Notes under the pieces: model-generated
What the model was told of the DNA's origin: nothing
Database searches by the model: none
The model's input: only the letters and a program-made list of their open reading frames with translations
NCBI RefSeq assembly: GCF_000025505.1
Contig: NC_013849.1
Coordinates: 480,001-512,000 of the forward strand
DNA from: Ferroglobus placidus DSM 10642
GTDB lineage: Archaea > Halobacteriota > Archaeoglobi > Archaeoglobales > Archaeoglobaceae
Length of the DNA stretch: 32,000 nucleotides
Direction of reading: 5' to 3'
Part shown: positions 1 to 9,090 of the stretch, piece by piece
How positions within the stretch are numbered: the stretch's first letter is position 1
How the letters are laid out: every line of letters begins with the position of its first letter
Program-made: the position numbers and the translations under genes

Positions 1-138
1 AGCATGCAGAGTCCGAAGCAAAAATAGATAAGGACAGGCTCAGAAAACTCCTGAAAGTTGTTCAGAGACTGAAGAAGGTTGTTCTGGCGGAGATATTGTA
101 ATTTGGTTTTTGTAGTTTTTTGTTCTGCTCGGGAGTGA

Positions 139-594
139 GTGAGCATGCGCTGTGCTGAGGTGATAAAAGAGGCTGAAGAAGGCAACACTGAAGTGGTGCT
201 GGAGCTGGAAGACATCTTCGAATCTTCGAATTTGTCTCATGAATTTGACAGAAAAGTCCAGGAGAACATCGAATACATTTTGAGGAGGAATTGCCTGTGG
301 AGGGAGGGGCTGAGGACTGCTGTCCTAATCTGCAAAATCGCTCCAGACCCTGATGACACATTTTTTGGATATTTTCAGGTCTTTGATGGTACCGAGCTCG
401 TTGCGAGAGGAGAGTTCGGCGGCACATTCGTCGTTCTGGACGAGAGAGCTTTTGAGAAACCGGATGTGGAGGGCATCGAGATCGTAGAGCTAACAATTTC
501 GCTGCCACCGGTGGATGCAAAAAAGCTCTTTCTCCTTGACATCTCTGATCTGGGTGCTGAAGAAAAAGCTAAGCTTCTCTCCTGGGTTTTGTAG
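139..594 (+). CDS. hypothetical protein, ~150 aa, acidic
   Basis: Open frame with a Shine-Dalgarno-like purine stretch (GGGAGTGAGTGAG) before the ATG at about 145; tightly followed by the next ORF. Confidence 0.6.
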   Translation: MSMRCAEVIKEAEEGNTEVVLELEDIFESSNLSHEFDRKVQENIEYILRRNCLWREGLRTAVLICKIAPDPDDTFFGYFQVFDGTELVARGEFGGTFVVLDERAFEKPDVEGIEIVELTISLPPVDAKKLFLLDISDLGAEEKAKLLSWVL

Positions 595-621
595 TTTTTG
601 GTTTTTTCTCGGGGTGAGATT

Positions 622-1383
622 ATGAGTGTGAGCGCGGGTATGAGCGAGAGTGTGAGTGTGGTGGAAAGGATGATGGATAAGCTTCAGCTGCTGAATGATC
701 TCTGGAAAAGGGTTAAAGTGCTGCCAGAAATCACAGAACTCGCCAATAAAGTAGTGATAGCTGAATTCGGTGTTGAGGAACACTCATCCCCCTTCAGTTA
801 CGCAGGATATAATATAAGGGCAATTCTGGATGATGTGAGGAAAGAGTTGTTCAGATTTGTTGCAGATCTGCTTGTTGAGGACACGAATGTCAGAGTGGAC
901 TTCGCTGACCTGTATGACCGCTTTAAAGACTTCGATGCGGTAGAGGTGGCCAGATACATTGAGGAGAAGTACCTTCGCCAGGCAGATGAGCTGGCATACA
1001 GAGAAATCGTAAGCAGGGCAAGAGCTCTTCTGCCGGCACATAATGTAAGCCTGGAGAAGATCCTGAAAGGGAGAAAACTTGTCCTGCAGTACTACCTTCA
1101 CTGGAGTTACGGAAAACCATACATACACGACTTTCTTGAGGCCGCATCAGCCCTCGAAAAGCTGGCAAAGATCGTTCTCTGGAGAGTTAAGCCATCCACA
1201 GCCAGGGGGCACGCAATTTACAACGCATACTGGAACGACACAACTGATGAGGAGGTTTTGCAGAAGAAGGAGCTTGGCGGCCCGATCGAGGCTGTGAAGG
1301 TACACAAGAACGGGAACATCTACTTCTGGTTTAAGAGCGAGGAGGATGCAAAAAAGGTTGCGGAGGTGCTCCTGAGTGAGTGA
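622..1383 (+). CDS. hypothetical protein
   Basis: Track ORF 598..1383. The ATG at 622 is preceded by GGGGTGAG and is a better start than the TTG at 598. Confidence 0.7.
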   Translation: MSVSAGMSESVSVVERMMDKLQLLNDLWKRVKVLPEITELANKVVIAEFGVEEHSSPFSYAGYNIRAILDDVRKELFRFVADLLVEDTNVRVDFADLYDRFKDFDAVEVARYIEEKYLRQADELAYREIVSRARALLPAHNVSLEKILKGRKLVLQYYLHWSYGKPYIHDFLEAASALEKLAKIVLWRVKPSTARGHAIYNAYWNDTTDEEVLQKKELGGPIEAVKVHKNGNIYFWFKSEEDAKKVAEVLLSE

Positions 1384-1567
1384 ACCTGAACCTGAATATG
1401 AATTTGAGGCCATGTGGCGAAGGGAGATGCAGGAGTGGTCAAAGATTATCGAGGAGCTGGATAAAAGGTCGTTCGAGCAGGTAATAACAATAAATTCCGG
1501 AATCATCAAAGAACTGGTCTCACACTCCACAAAAATTAAAAAGCGGTTGATAGAAGTAGTACTGTAG
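1376..1567 (+). CDS. small hypothetical protein, 63 aa
   Basis: GTG start overlapping the upstream stop by 8 nt, operon-like. Confidence 0.45.
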   Translation: MSEPEPEYEFEAMWRREMQEWSKIIEELDKRSFEQVITINSGIIKELVSHSTKIKKRLIEVVL

Positions 1568-1594
1568 ATTTAACACAATTCGAGGTGTTTTTCC

Positions 1595-1948
1595 ATGACA
1601 GCTGTGCCATCTGGTGCCGCAGCTGCAGCCGCTGGGGGGGCGGCAGCAAGAGCAGCAGCAAGTGCGCAGAAGTTCACTTTTGGCTTTCTCATCTTTGAGC
1701 CTGAGGAATTTCTGAAGCTCGTGAAAACTGCAAGAGAAACAGATGGCAGGGCAGTCGTCATTCTTGTAAAAAAACGAAAGGGAGTGGTTAACAGAAAAGA
1801 TGAGTACATCTACGCCGCCAAATACGCTGATTTCACAATCCTGACCAGAAGCGAAACACCTCTAGCACTGCCGTCAAAAACCGAGCTGATTGTGAGCAGA
1901 GACATAGTACTGCCGGTAGCAGTCATGCACGCTTTGAAGATGCTTTGA
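1595..1948 (+). CDS. hypothetical protein with Ala-rich N-terminus
   Basis: ORF MTAVPSGAAAAAAGGAAARAAAS...; GAGGTG ribosome-binding site upstream; packed against the next ORF. Confidence 0.6.
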   Translation: MTAVPSGAAAAAAGGAAARAAASAQKFTFGFLIFEPEEFLKLVKTARETDGRAVVILVKKRKGVVNRKDEYIYAAKYADFTILTRSETPLALPSKTELIVSRDIVLPVAVMHALKML

Positions 1949-1952
1949 GAGC

Positions 1953-2231
1953 ATGCGCCGCCCGGTCTGCGAGCTTTGCGGGATTCCCGGAGATCTGACA
2001 AGGCATCACATTGTTCCAAATCCTGTTAGGAGGAGGCTTAAAAGGAAAAAAGGAAAGAGCGCGGAAGAAGTGAACAGCACAGTTCTCCTCTGCAGGGACT
2101 GCCACAGACAGCTCCACGCATTATTCACCGAAAAAGAGCTTGCTTGCATGACTTGGGATGAAATCAAAAGCAAAGAAAGTGTCAGGAAATGGGTTGACTG
2201 GATAAGGAAGAAGAGAGGGCAGAAGAGATAG
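1953..2231 (+). CDS. HNH endonuclease-like protein
   Basis: Motif CELC-x-RHHIVP-x-N-x-LLCRDCHRQLH is the HNH/zinc arrangement of small HNH nucleases. Confidence 0.8.
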   Translation: MRRPVCELCGIPGDLTRHHIVPNPVRRRLKRKKGKSAEEVNSTVLLCRDCHRQLHALFTEKELACMTWDEIKSKESVRKWVDWIRKKRGQKR

Positions 2232-2256
2232 CAGAGGTAACTAGATCTCGCAACCT

Positions 2257-3033
2257 CTACCAGCTATATGAATCCACGAGATTTCCATCAGCATCGTAAA
2301 GGTATGCTGTATCTCCGTCATTATTCCAGACAGGAGTCCAGGAGCACCAGTACAGATCAGTAGCTGTATCGGTACCGCAGCCTGTGTGCACCGTCACACT
2401 TTGAGATGGTTGAAGTGTGAAGTCGGGGAATGTATACACATGGCCTGCTTCATCTCTGAGCGACCAGCCACCCAGGTTTACGGCGGCGCCACCTTTATTC
2501 GTGATCACCACGTATTCGTCATTAAGGTTGTGCCAGTCGTTGCCAGCAGCGTCGTAGTGAACATAAGCTATTTTGGCCATTGGTTTGCCGACGATGTATA
2601 TGCTTTCTTCAAGTATTGTGCCTGAGGACACCATCAAAGCTAACCTGTACACACCAGTAGGAATGCTGGATACGTGAATGATGATTTGCTCACCACTCTC
2701 GAAAAAACCGTCATTGTAAAATTCCTGTTTGGTAATGTTGGTCGAGTCTCTATCCGCATTGCCGCTGTACATAACGTCACCTTCAGGGCTGTAAATAACG
2801 ATGTTGAGCTTTCTGAAATCTACTGGATCTCCACCGACATGTCTAACCACAATATTATCGGAGTGGCTGTACACCTTCGCTACAAATGCAGGGACACGAT
2901 CTATATCAACAGGGATAAAAGCCGCTATTCCGACAGTAGCCAGAACGGCTACCACAATAAGAATTAAAGCTACAAGCATGTTGCTTAGAGCTCTGCCATC
3001 ATCGCGAAACCCCATGCTCATACTATTTTTCAT
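2257..3033 (-). CDS. secreted/pilin-like protein with C-terminal lamin-tail-like domain
   Basis: N-terminus GFRDDGRALSNMLVALILIVVAVLATVGIAAF is archaeal pilin-like; C-terminus EYVVITNKGGAAVNLGGWSLRDEAGHVYTFPDFTLQPSQSVTVHTG...LYWCSWTPVWNNDGDTAYLYDADGNLVDSYSW is LTD-like. Start set at the ATG at 3033 (MKNSMSMGFRDD) rather than 3318. Confidence 0.75.
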   Translation of the reverse strand: MKNSMSMGFRDDGRALSNMLVALILIVVAVLATVGIAAFIPVDIDRVPAFVAKVYSHSDNIVVRHVGGDPVDFRKLNIVIYSPEGDVMYSGNADRDSTNITKQEFYNDGFFESGEQIIIHVSSIPTGVYRLALMVSSGTILEESIYIVGKPMAKIAYVHYDAAGNDWHNLNDEYVVITNKGGAAVNLGGWSLRDEAGHVYTFPDFTLQPSQSVTVHTGCGTDTATDLYWCSWTPVWNNDGDTAYLYDADGNLVDSYSW

Positions 3034-3048
3034 AATTTGGTATTTGGT

Positions 3049-3060
3049 GTATATAACTTT
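3049..3060 (-). promoter_or_regulatory. putative TATA/BRE promoter box AAAGTTATATAC
   Basis: Sits 16-27 nt upstream of the minus-strand start at 3033; an identical 12-mer lies upstream of the ATPase gene at 17351-17362. Confidence 0.5.
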
Positions 3061-3269
3061 GTAGGTCTGAACGGTGGATGTGTATACTTTACAGCGAGAT
3101 TCTTGAAACTCTGAAGGATCTGAGAAAAAACCTCGTTTTGAACAGGCAATGAAGAGGAGAGGGCAGGAGTGCATGTAGCACCCTTGGATTTGTTCGTGAT
3201 TCTGTTTTTTCCTTATCCTGTGTTTTTTCCTTCTTATCCTGTGAAAAGCGGAAAGGAGGGTGGTTGAGT

Positions 3270-3797
3270 ATGAGTAAGCGTGGAGGTAGCAGCAGGAAAA
3301 GAAAAAGCAATAATGCACAGCTTGCAGAGAAGGCGTTTCTGTACGCTGAAAAAGCCCCGGTCATAGCGTATCCTGGATGGGAGAGTGCTCTCAACTGTCA
3401 CTTCATGGACCTGATAGCTCACTACAGGATTTGCGAGGCCAGGTGGTGCATAAACAATGAGATCGCAACCGAGTACGAGGCTTTCACATACCTGTACACA
3501 GCTTCCCTGGCCACACCTTTTGACAGGGAGTGGTACAGGATCTACTTCCACCTCTTCAAAAAGTTTTACGGGCACCTGCTGAGCAAAATGGATGACTGGG
3601 ATGAGTGGGATGGAGGAGAGCTGTCTGACTATGAGAAGCAGCTTTTAATAGACCTGAGGAAATGGATATTCAAAAAGCAGATGAGAGTGCTCTCTCAGAT
3701 GCAGAAACAGAGGCAGATGCGGAAGCAGAGGCAGGGCAAAAGTGAGGCAGAACAGGAGAAGGGAGAGGGAGTAGAAACGGGAGAGGTGAGAGAGTGA
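3270..3797 (+). CDS. hypothetical protein, basic C-terminus
   Basis: ATG at 3270 (or TTG at 3264) after GGAGGGTGG; overlaps the next start by 4 nt. Confidence 0.65.
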   Translation: MSKRGGSSRKRKSNNAQLAEKAFLYAEKAPVIAYPGWESALNCHFMDLIAHYRICEARWCINNEIATEYEAFTYLYTASLATPFDREWYRIYFHLFKKFYGHLLSKMDDWDEWDGGELSDYEKQLLIDLRKWIFKKQMRVLSQMQKQRQMRKQRQGKSEAEQEKGEGVETGEVRE

Positions 3798-4426
3798 AAG
3801 GAGTCCTGTACTTCGACGGAGCCTGTCTTCCCGTGAACCCGGGAGGAATCGCAACCTATGGCTTTGTGATCATCACACCATCCGGCGAAATTGTGAAGGA
3901 GAAGGGGATTGCTGCAGAGAAGGGGACGAACAACATTGCGGAGTACACCGCTCTAATAAGGGGGTTGGAAAAGGCCCTGGAGCTGGGCATTGACGAGCTC
4001 ATCGTCAGGGGGGACTCGCAGCTCGCAATCTACCAGATGAACGGTGTGTACGCTGTTAAATCACCAAACATAATTCCTCTATGGCAGAGGGCAATGGAGC
4101 TGGCAGGAAAGTTCAGGAAAATACGCTTCGAGTGGGTTCCGAGGGAGCAGAACAGTGCTGCTGATGAACTCTCAACTCAGGCCTACATCGAGCATGCGGA
4201 GCGGAAAAGCAGGGAGAGGAGTGAGGAGATAGAGAACTGGGAGATAAAGCATGTCTCCGGGCCGGTGTACCGTGTCAGAAGGTATGATGTTAATGTGGAG
4301 GAGAAAACGTGCACCTGTCCGCACTACTACAATGTCAACAGGTTCAAGCTGCTCAAAAAAGCGGGGATAAAAATAAGATGTAAGCACATATTTGCTGCAG
4401 AGAGGTATAGACAGAACAGAACATAA
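3794..4426 (+). CDS. rnhA: ribonuclease HI-like domain fused to C-terminal SWIM-type zinc motif
   Basis: YFDGACLPVNPGGIATYGFVI, NNIAEYTALIRGLEKAL, IVRGDSQLAIYQMNG and ADELSTQAY are RNase H type 1 motifs; C-terminus CTCPHYYNVNRFKLLKKAGIKIRCKHIFAA is a CxC...CxH SWIM pattern. Confidence 0.85.
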   Translation: MKGVLYFDGACLPVNPGGIATYGFVIITPSGEIVKEKGIAAEKGTNNIAEYTALIRGLEKALELGIDELIVRGDSQLAIYQMNGVYAVKSPNIIPLWQRAMELAGKFRKIRFEWVPREQNSAADELSTQAYIEHAERKSRERSEEIENWEIKHVSGPVYRVRRYDVNVEEKTCTCPHYYNVNRFKLLKKAGIKIRCKHIFAAERYRQNRT

Positions 4427-4483
4427 TCTTCTTGTCCTGGCCGCTCTCTTTTTTGCTTTTGAAGAGTGAGGTAGGGTGGTATT

Positions 4484-4984
4484 ATGGAATTTTTGAAGAA
4501 GGTGAAGGGCAGGTATGAGGTAAAGGGTTTTCTGAAGGTAGAAGTAAGGAGAGGGAAAGGAAGAACAAAAACTAAAACCTACACCATCAGGAAGAGGTTT
4601 TACGATGAAAGAGAGTTCAGGAAGTTCCTTGAAACGGGCAAGGCAGACTACTGGAGGATTACTGCAACGCAGATGCGGTCAATCCTCAACCTCACATCCA
4701 CTGAAGACTGGCTGTACAGGTTCATCGACAAAGATCCGGGGCTTGGAGGGGATCGCTCAGATCCTGATTTCAGGCCGATGACCCGCTACGACCTTGAGAG
4801 GGTTTTGGACTTCATCAGTAAACCCATGGATGGCTGGGAGGGAATAAACTTTGTCAGAAACGGAGAGTACGTTTTCGACATCTGGTACATCAAGTGGTCT
4901 CACCTTCTCAAGCCACAGTTCCCTGTTAGGCTTGAGGTCCCCCTCAACCAGATAAAAGCCTGCTTGCTGGCCGAGACACTTTGA
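4484..4984 (+). CDS. hypothetical protein
   Basis: ORF with GAGGTAGGGTGG ribosome-binding site. Confidence 0.6.
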   Translation: MEFLKKVKGRYEVKGFLKVEVRRGKGRTKTKTYTIRKRFYDEREFRKFLETGKADYWRITATQMRSILNLTSTEDWLYRFIDKDPGLGGDRSDPDFRPMTRYDLERVLDFISKPMDGWEGINFVRNGEYVFDIWYIKWSHLLKPQFPVRLEVPLNQIKACLLAETL

Positions 4985-5010
4985 TTTTCCTGTCTGTAGA
5001 GGTGTGATTT

Positions 5011-5337
5011 ATGAGTGTTGATGATGAACTGCCCAGCGTGATAAAGGAGAGTGGTGTGATCGAAGAGACTGTTCTGAACACGGTAGCAAAATTCCTCAGC
5101 GAGTCATCAAAAACCGGGTGTTCGACAGTTGAAATGATTGACACCGTCGTTGAGGAGCTGGTGAAAATGGGATTCGACAGGATAAGTGTTGAAAATGGGA
5201 TAATAGCCGGAATGATTATTCAGCTTGTAGTTGACGCCATGGACTTCGTGCTCCCGCACAAGAGGAGCAGAGTGGAGGAAAGAGTAAAAAAGATGGCTCG
5301 CAAACTCGGTGAAAGGCTTTTAGAGGTTGAAAAGTGA
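5011..5337 (+). CDS. hypothetical protein, 108 aa, helical
   Basis: ATG preceded by GAGGTGTG. Confidence 0.6.
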   Translation: MSVDDELPSVIKESGVIEETVLNTVAKFLSESSKTGCSTVEMIDTVVEELVKMGFDRISVENGIIAGMIIQLVVDAMDFVLPHKRSRVEERVKKMARKLGERLLEVEK

Positions 5338-5448
5338 TTCTGCCAGAAACGCAATGGTGACTGATTCTCAAGCTTGCTGAAAGGCTTTGATTTGCTACGT
5401 TTTGACTGAGGTAGATTATTTATTGTATTATTTTGAAGTATTAATGAG

Positions 5449-6681
5449 GTGGTTTCGTTGGTAGAGGGTACAGCCATCTTCACCCGCAAATGCTGCCGCA
5501 CAATGACGACCAAATTTGGCAGAGTTACGGTTTACATGGCTCACGACGAGCACATGGGGAAGTGTCTGTTCGAGGATGGTTTTGTAACTCCGAACATGCC
5601 AAAACTGCATTATGCGATCGACTTCTCTGTCAGGGATGACACGCTAATCCTGAAAGACTCTCTTTCCCCCAAAGCCAGAGAGTTTCAGGGAGGGGAAGCT
5701 TATGTTTTCGAGAAGAGGGATGGCTTCAACCTCCTCTTCTACATGTACAGGGGAGAGGTGATACCGAAGACCCGCATGAAACCAATGGCGACGGGAAAGA
5801 CTGCACAGGTTGTCACTCTGCCAGGATTCCCCAGAGAGGAGGTGGAGGAACTCGTCAGAGATGGCTATATCCCAATCATGGAGGTCTGGGGGACGAAAAT
5901 TGAAGAGCTGGACATCATGCACGGCCCGGTGAACTACAGGGCTGTTCAGGAGAGAGAAGGGTTACCGGAACTCAATGCCGAGATTATAGCGATCATGCGG
6001 GCTGAAAGTGGAGAGAGAGCCAGCAACAACAGCGGCAACAATAACAGTGGTGGCAGCTTCTCAAAGGATACGCTCACCCTTGCCTCCTCAAACAGCATAT
6101 ACTGCTACGAATTCTTGCCCCCGGATGTGATGATGGAAACAGCAGAATCCTACGGGCTGAAAACAGCCCCACTCCACGATGTTGTAGAGCTGTCTCCTGA
6201 AAACGTGAAGGAGCTCATGAGCTGGGCTGAGAAAGTTAACGAGCGAGAGGTTATTCTGGAAGGATTTGTCGCCCACTGCTCCATCGGTACCGGGTATGGT
6301 ATGTTCAAGATAAAACCCTACAGCATAATGGCAAAAGACGTCATAACTTCGAAAACAATCCCCAGAGAGAGAATAGAGCTCGAAATCTCCAAAATCCTGC
6401 TGGAAACAGATGTGGAAGAGATTGCCAGAAATCCTGGGCTTTACATCGAGCAGCTCAACGATTACCTCGGGGAAGACTTCAAGCTGACAAAAGAGATGAG
6501 GAAAAAAGCCAGGAGAGTGTTTGCAGAGACAATTGCCAGAGAGCTCCTCCGGAAAAATCCAGACCTCACACCTGAGGCAGCTGGGAGGTGCGGGATACAC
6601 GGAATGTTTATCGGCTTTCTGCGGAAGCAGAGGGGGCTGGCTGGGGTGAGAGCAGAGACGGGAGATAAGGGGCTTTTTTGA
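5449..6681 (+). CDS. putative ATP-dependent RNA ligase-like covalent nucleotidyltransferase
   Basis: Candidate motif I KxDG in VFEKRDGFNLLFY, motif IV in VILEGFVAHC, motif V KxKP in MFKIKP, in canonical order. GAGGTGG ribosome-binding site; true start is within the first few codons. Confidence 0.5.
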   Translation: MVSLVEGTAIFTRKCCRTMTTKFGRVTVYMAHDEHMGKCLFEDGFVTPNMPKLHYAIDFSVRDDTLILKDSLSPKAREFQGGEAYVFEKRDGFNLLFYMYRGEVIPKTRMKPMATGKTAQVVTLPGFPREEVEELVRDGYIPIMEVWGTKIEELDIMHGPVNYRAVQEREGLPELNAEIIAIMRAESGERASNNSGNNNSGGSFSKDTLTLASSNSIYCYEFLPPDVMMETAESYGLKTAPLHDVVELSPENVKELMSWAEKVNEREVILEGFVAHCSIGTGYGMFKIKPYSIMAKDVITSKTIPRERIELEISKILLETDVEEIARNPGLYIEQLNDYLGEDFKLTKEMRKKARRVFAETIARELLRKNPDLTPEAAGRCGIHGMFIGFLRKQRGLAGVRAETGDKGLF

Positions 6682-6720
6682 CCTTTTCCTGCCTTTAAGG
6701 GGGGATGGAGAGGTGGTTGA

Positions 6721-7701
6721 ATGAGGGTCCTGAAGAAAACGCAGTTCCCGAAAAGACTGAGAGGGAGAATAGAGAATGAGAAGCAGCTCAGAGAGCTTGT
6801 GTTCTGGACTGTTGAAGTAATACCCAAAGACATCAAGCGAAAGCTTGGCCTCCAGGTTCGGGAGTGGAGGGAGAGGCTTGCGGAGATGCTGTTCAGCAAG
6901 CACAGGGATATGGTGGGCAAGGACTGGGTTCAGGTTGTGAGCGTAATCGAGGACGAGATAATCAGCGGGAGATTCAAAGAGGAACTTGAAAAGAGAAAGT
7001 TACAGGAATATGAGGAGAACAAGCGCTTGCTCGAAAGTGTTGAAAGCCGGATCGGCCGCAGGATCAGCATCAATCCGAATATCCCGGGAAAGGTGTTTAT
7101 CACAGCTCTGACGGAACAGCTAACTCCTCTTGTAGATGTGAAAGTTGAAGCACCTCTCCTCTCCAGAGCACTCTCAAACGACCTTCTGGAAGAGCTGGCA
7201 AGATACTACGCTCAGCACCACATCTGGGTGTTGGTGAGAGAGTTCATCAAAGGCAACAGAGACAGTCTGAGCATAGAGGTTGTTCTGGAAAAACCCTTCA
7301 TGACCTACTGCCCCATCTGCAAAGATTTTGCTGAGGGATCCGAATACCTGTACGAGGAGGCGTTTCCTGACGACTACTTCGCGTACTGGATTGCAAACCT
7401 GGTTAAGCACTACAGACACGAGCACATCCGCTACTACGACCTGAGCTGGAGATACTGGAGCTACGGGGATAAAAATCCGGAGTATCAGAAGCTCGGGCAT
7501 GACGGGTTCAGAATCACGGTGAACAACAGAGCGAAGAGGCAGCTGATAAGGGCGATTCTGAAGGATGAGAACCTGTCGGCATACGGCAAGAGAGAGCTGA
7601 TCCTGGCAGTGCTGAGGTTGCAGCATAATGACGAGAAAACGGTGGAGCTCGTCAAAAAGGCTCTTCAGAAGATCGAGCAAGCTGATGAGGAAAAGTTCTG
7701 A
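6721..7701 (+). CDS. hypothetical protein with Cys2-His zinc-like motif
   Basis: YCPICKDFAEG...LVKHYRHEHIRYYD; GAGAGGTGG before the start region. Confidence 0.6.
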   Translation: MRVLKKTQFPKRLRGRIENEKQLRELVFWTVEVIPKDIKRKLGLQVREWRERLAEMLFSKHRDMVGKDWVQVVSVIEDEIISGRFKEELEKRKLQEYEENKRLLESVESRIGRRISINPNIPGKVFITALTEQLTPLVDVKVEAPLLSRALSNDLLEELARYYAQHHIWVLVREFIKGNRDSLSIEVVLEKPFMTYCPICKDFAEGSEYLYEEAFPDDYFAYWIANLVKHYRHEHIRYYDLSWRYWSYGDKNPEYQKLGHDGFRITVNNRAKRQLIRAILKDENLSAYGKRELILAVLRLQHNDEKTVELVKKALQKIEQADEEKF

Positions 7702-7752
7702 CCGTGAGAAGGATTGCCGCTTTTTCCACTTTTCTGAAGAAGAAGAGGTGGT

Positions 7753-8460
7753 ATGGTGAAGTGGAAAACCCATAAACTGATAACCAGAGCGGTTTGTGAG
7801 GCTTTAAGCATTCCGAACAGCGAGGAGGTTGTTGAATCTTCCGTTTTTCCAGATCAGCACAACGAGTTTTTCGTATCAAATGGGAAGCGTGTCAGAATTA
7901 AGCACCACAGCCCCTTCGCTTTAAAAGCGGCATGGAGGCACATTTTGAAGGCGAGAAAACTCCTGCTTCAGGGAAAGGACTGCTCTGAAGATCTGGGCAT
8001 GGCCCTTCATTACATTCAGGACTATTCTGTGAGCGTGACAAGGAGGTTTCTCTTCTTCAGGTGGAGGAGCGAGAAAGTTCACGATGAGAGGGAGGAGGAG
8101 CTGGCAGAGCTGCCTGTCCCGAGGGATGCGATCGAGGAGGGGATGAAAATAAGAGATCCCAACCAGCTAAAAAAGGCGCTTTTTTCCGAGAAACCGGAGG
8201 AGGAGCTGGAAAGGATAATGTACACAGCAACAACGCTGAGCGCTGCAGCGGTGGCCACAATTTTCTATCCTGTAGGAGATGGGAGTGGATGGAGAAGGGC
8301 TGTTGCACTGCACATCGCAGCGGTTGCATCACCTCTCCTGCTGGCTCTGATAGGTGGATGGCTGTGGCTACCGCTGGCAACTGTGCTGGGATATGCTGTG
8401 CATAAACTGGACTTCAAATACCACAGAGCGAAGCTGGAGAGAGACTGGTTCCGTCCCTGA
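7753..8460 (+). CDS. zinc-dependent phospholipase C/S1-P1 nuclease-like hydrolase with C-terminal transmembrane hairpin
   Basis: THKLITRAVCEAL, IKHHSPFALKAAWRHILKAR, GMALHYIQDYSVS and HDEREEEL give spaced His/Asp metal ligands; hydrophobic LLLALIGGWLWLPLATVLGYAV near the C-terminus. Confidence 0.5.
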   Translation: MVKWKTHKLITRAVCEALSIPNSEEVVESSVFPDQHNEFFVSNGKRVRIKHHSPFALKAAWRHILKARKLLLQGKDCSEDLGMALHYIQDYSVSVTRRFLFFRWRSEKVHDEREEELAELPVPRDAIEEGMKIRDPNQLKKALFSEKPEEELERIMYTATTLSAAAVATIFYPVGDGSGWRRAVALHIAAVASPLLLALIGGWLWLPLATVLGYAVHKLDFKYHRAKLERDWFRP

Positions 8461-8490
8461 AGTTTTTTAATCTGGACAGGAGGAGAGAGT

Positions 8491-8976
8491 TTGGCTGTGC
8501 TGGTTTACCAGATTAGTGGTGATCTGCCAGAACCACCCAAAAGCTACATCGAGTCGTTTATGTCTCTTGTCCTCTCCTACCGCAGAAAAACTCCTCCTGA
8601 TGAGCTGACAAGGGAGCTCGCATACAGGATGCTCAGGCAGAGGATGGCTCTTCTGAAGGTTGTTGAGCGTGAAAACATCTACGTGGTGACTTTGCAGAGA
8701 AAAAGTGTGGTCGTGTTCGAAATCTACCCGCCAGAGCATAATCTCCTGCCAGAGCATGATAAAACAGATGAGGGAGAGGAGGCAGAGGAGGGAGCATGGA
8801 TAAAGAGGGAAGAGATGGGGAAAGAAGGTAGTAATGGAAGCGGAAATTCAAAAAGCCCAGTGAACGGAAAATTCAACGGCTGGAGATACAGAACAATCAG
8901 AAATCTGCAAGATGTGCCTGTTGAGGTGCTGAAAGAGGTGGTTGAGGAGCTGAGCAGATTGATCGAGCCAGAATGA
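8491..8976 (+). CDS. hypothetical protein
   Basis: TTG start after GGAGGAGA; open frame of 161 aa. Confidence 0.5.
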   Translation: MAVLVYQISGDLPEPPKSYIESFMSLVLSYRRKTPPDELTRELAYRMLRQRMALLKVVERENIYVVTLQRKSVVVFEIYPPEHNLLPEHDKTDEGEEAEEGAWIKREEMGKEGSNGSGNSKSPVNGKFNGWRYRTIRNLQDVPVEVLKEVVEELSRLIEPE

Positions 8977-9090
8977 TTTGACGGTTTTTAACAGCGGTTT
9001 ATAACAACACCACCATTTTTATTTTTTTCTCTAAAAATATTTCAAATTTTTATAAATATTATGTGAAAGTTTTTTGTAAACAAAAAGAAA

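Noticed and set aside
2101-2231. Possible separate small gene at the 3' end of the HNH ORF
   Set aside because: Continuous with the HNH frame and includes the second half of the motif.
3089-3394. Minus-strand 101-aa ORF upstream of the RNase H operon
   Set aside because: Overlaps a better supported plus-strand gene; low-complexity Leu/Phe/Pro composition.
7174-7773. Minus-strand 199-aa ORF
   Set aside because: Antisense shadow of the 6721..7701 gene; no recognisable domain or start signal.
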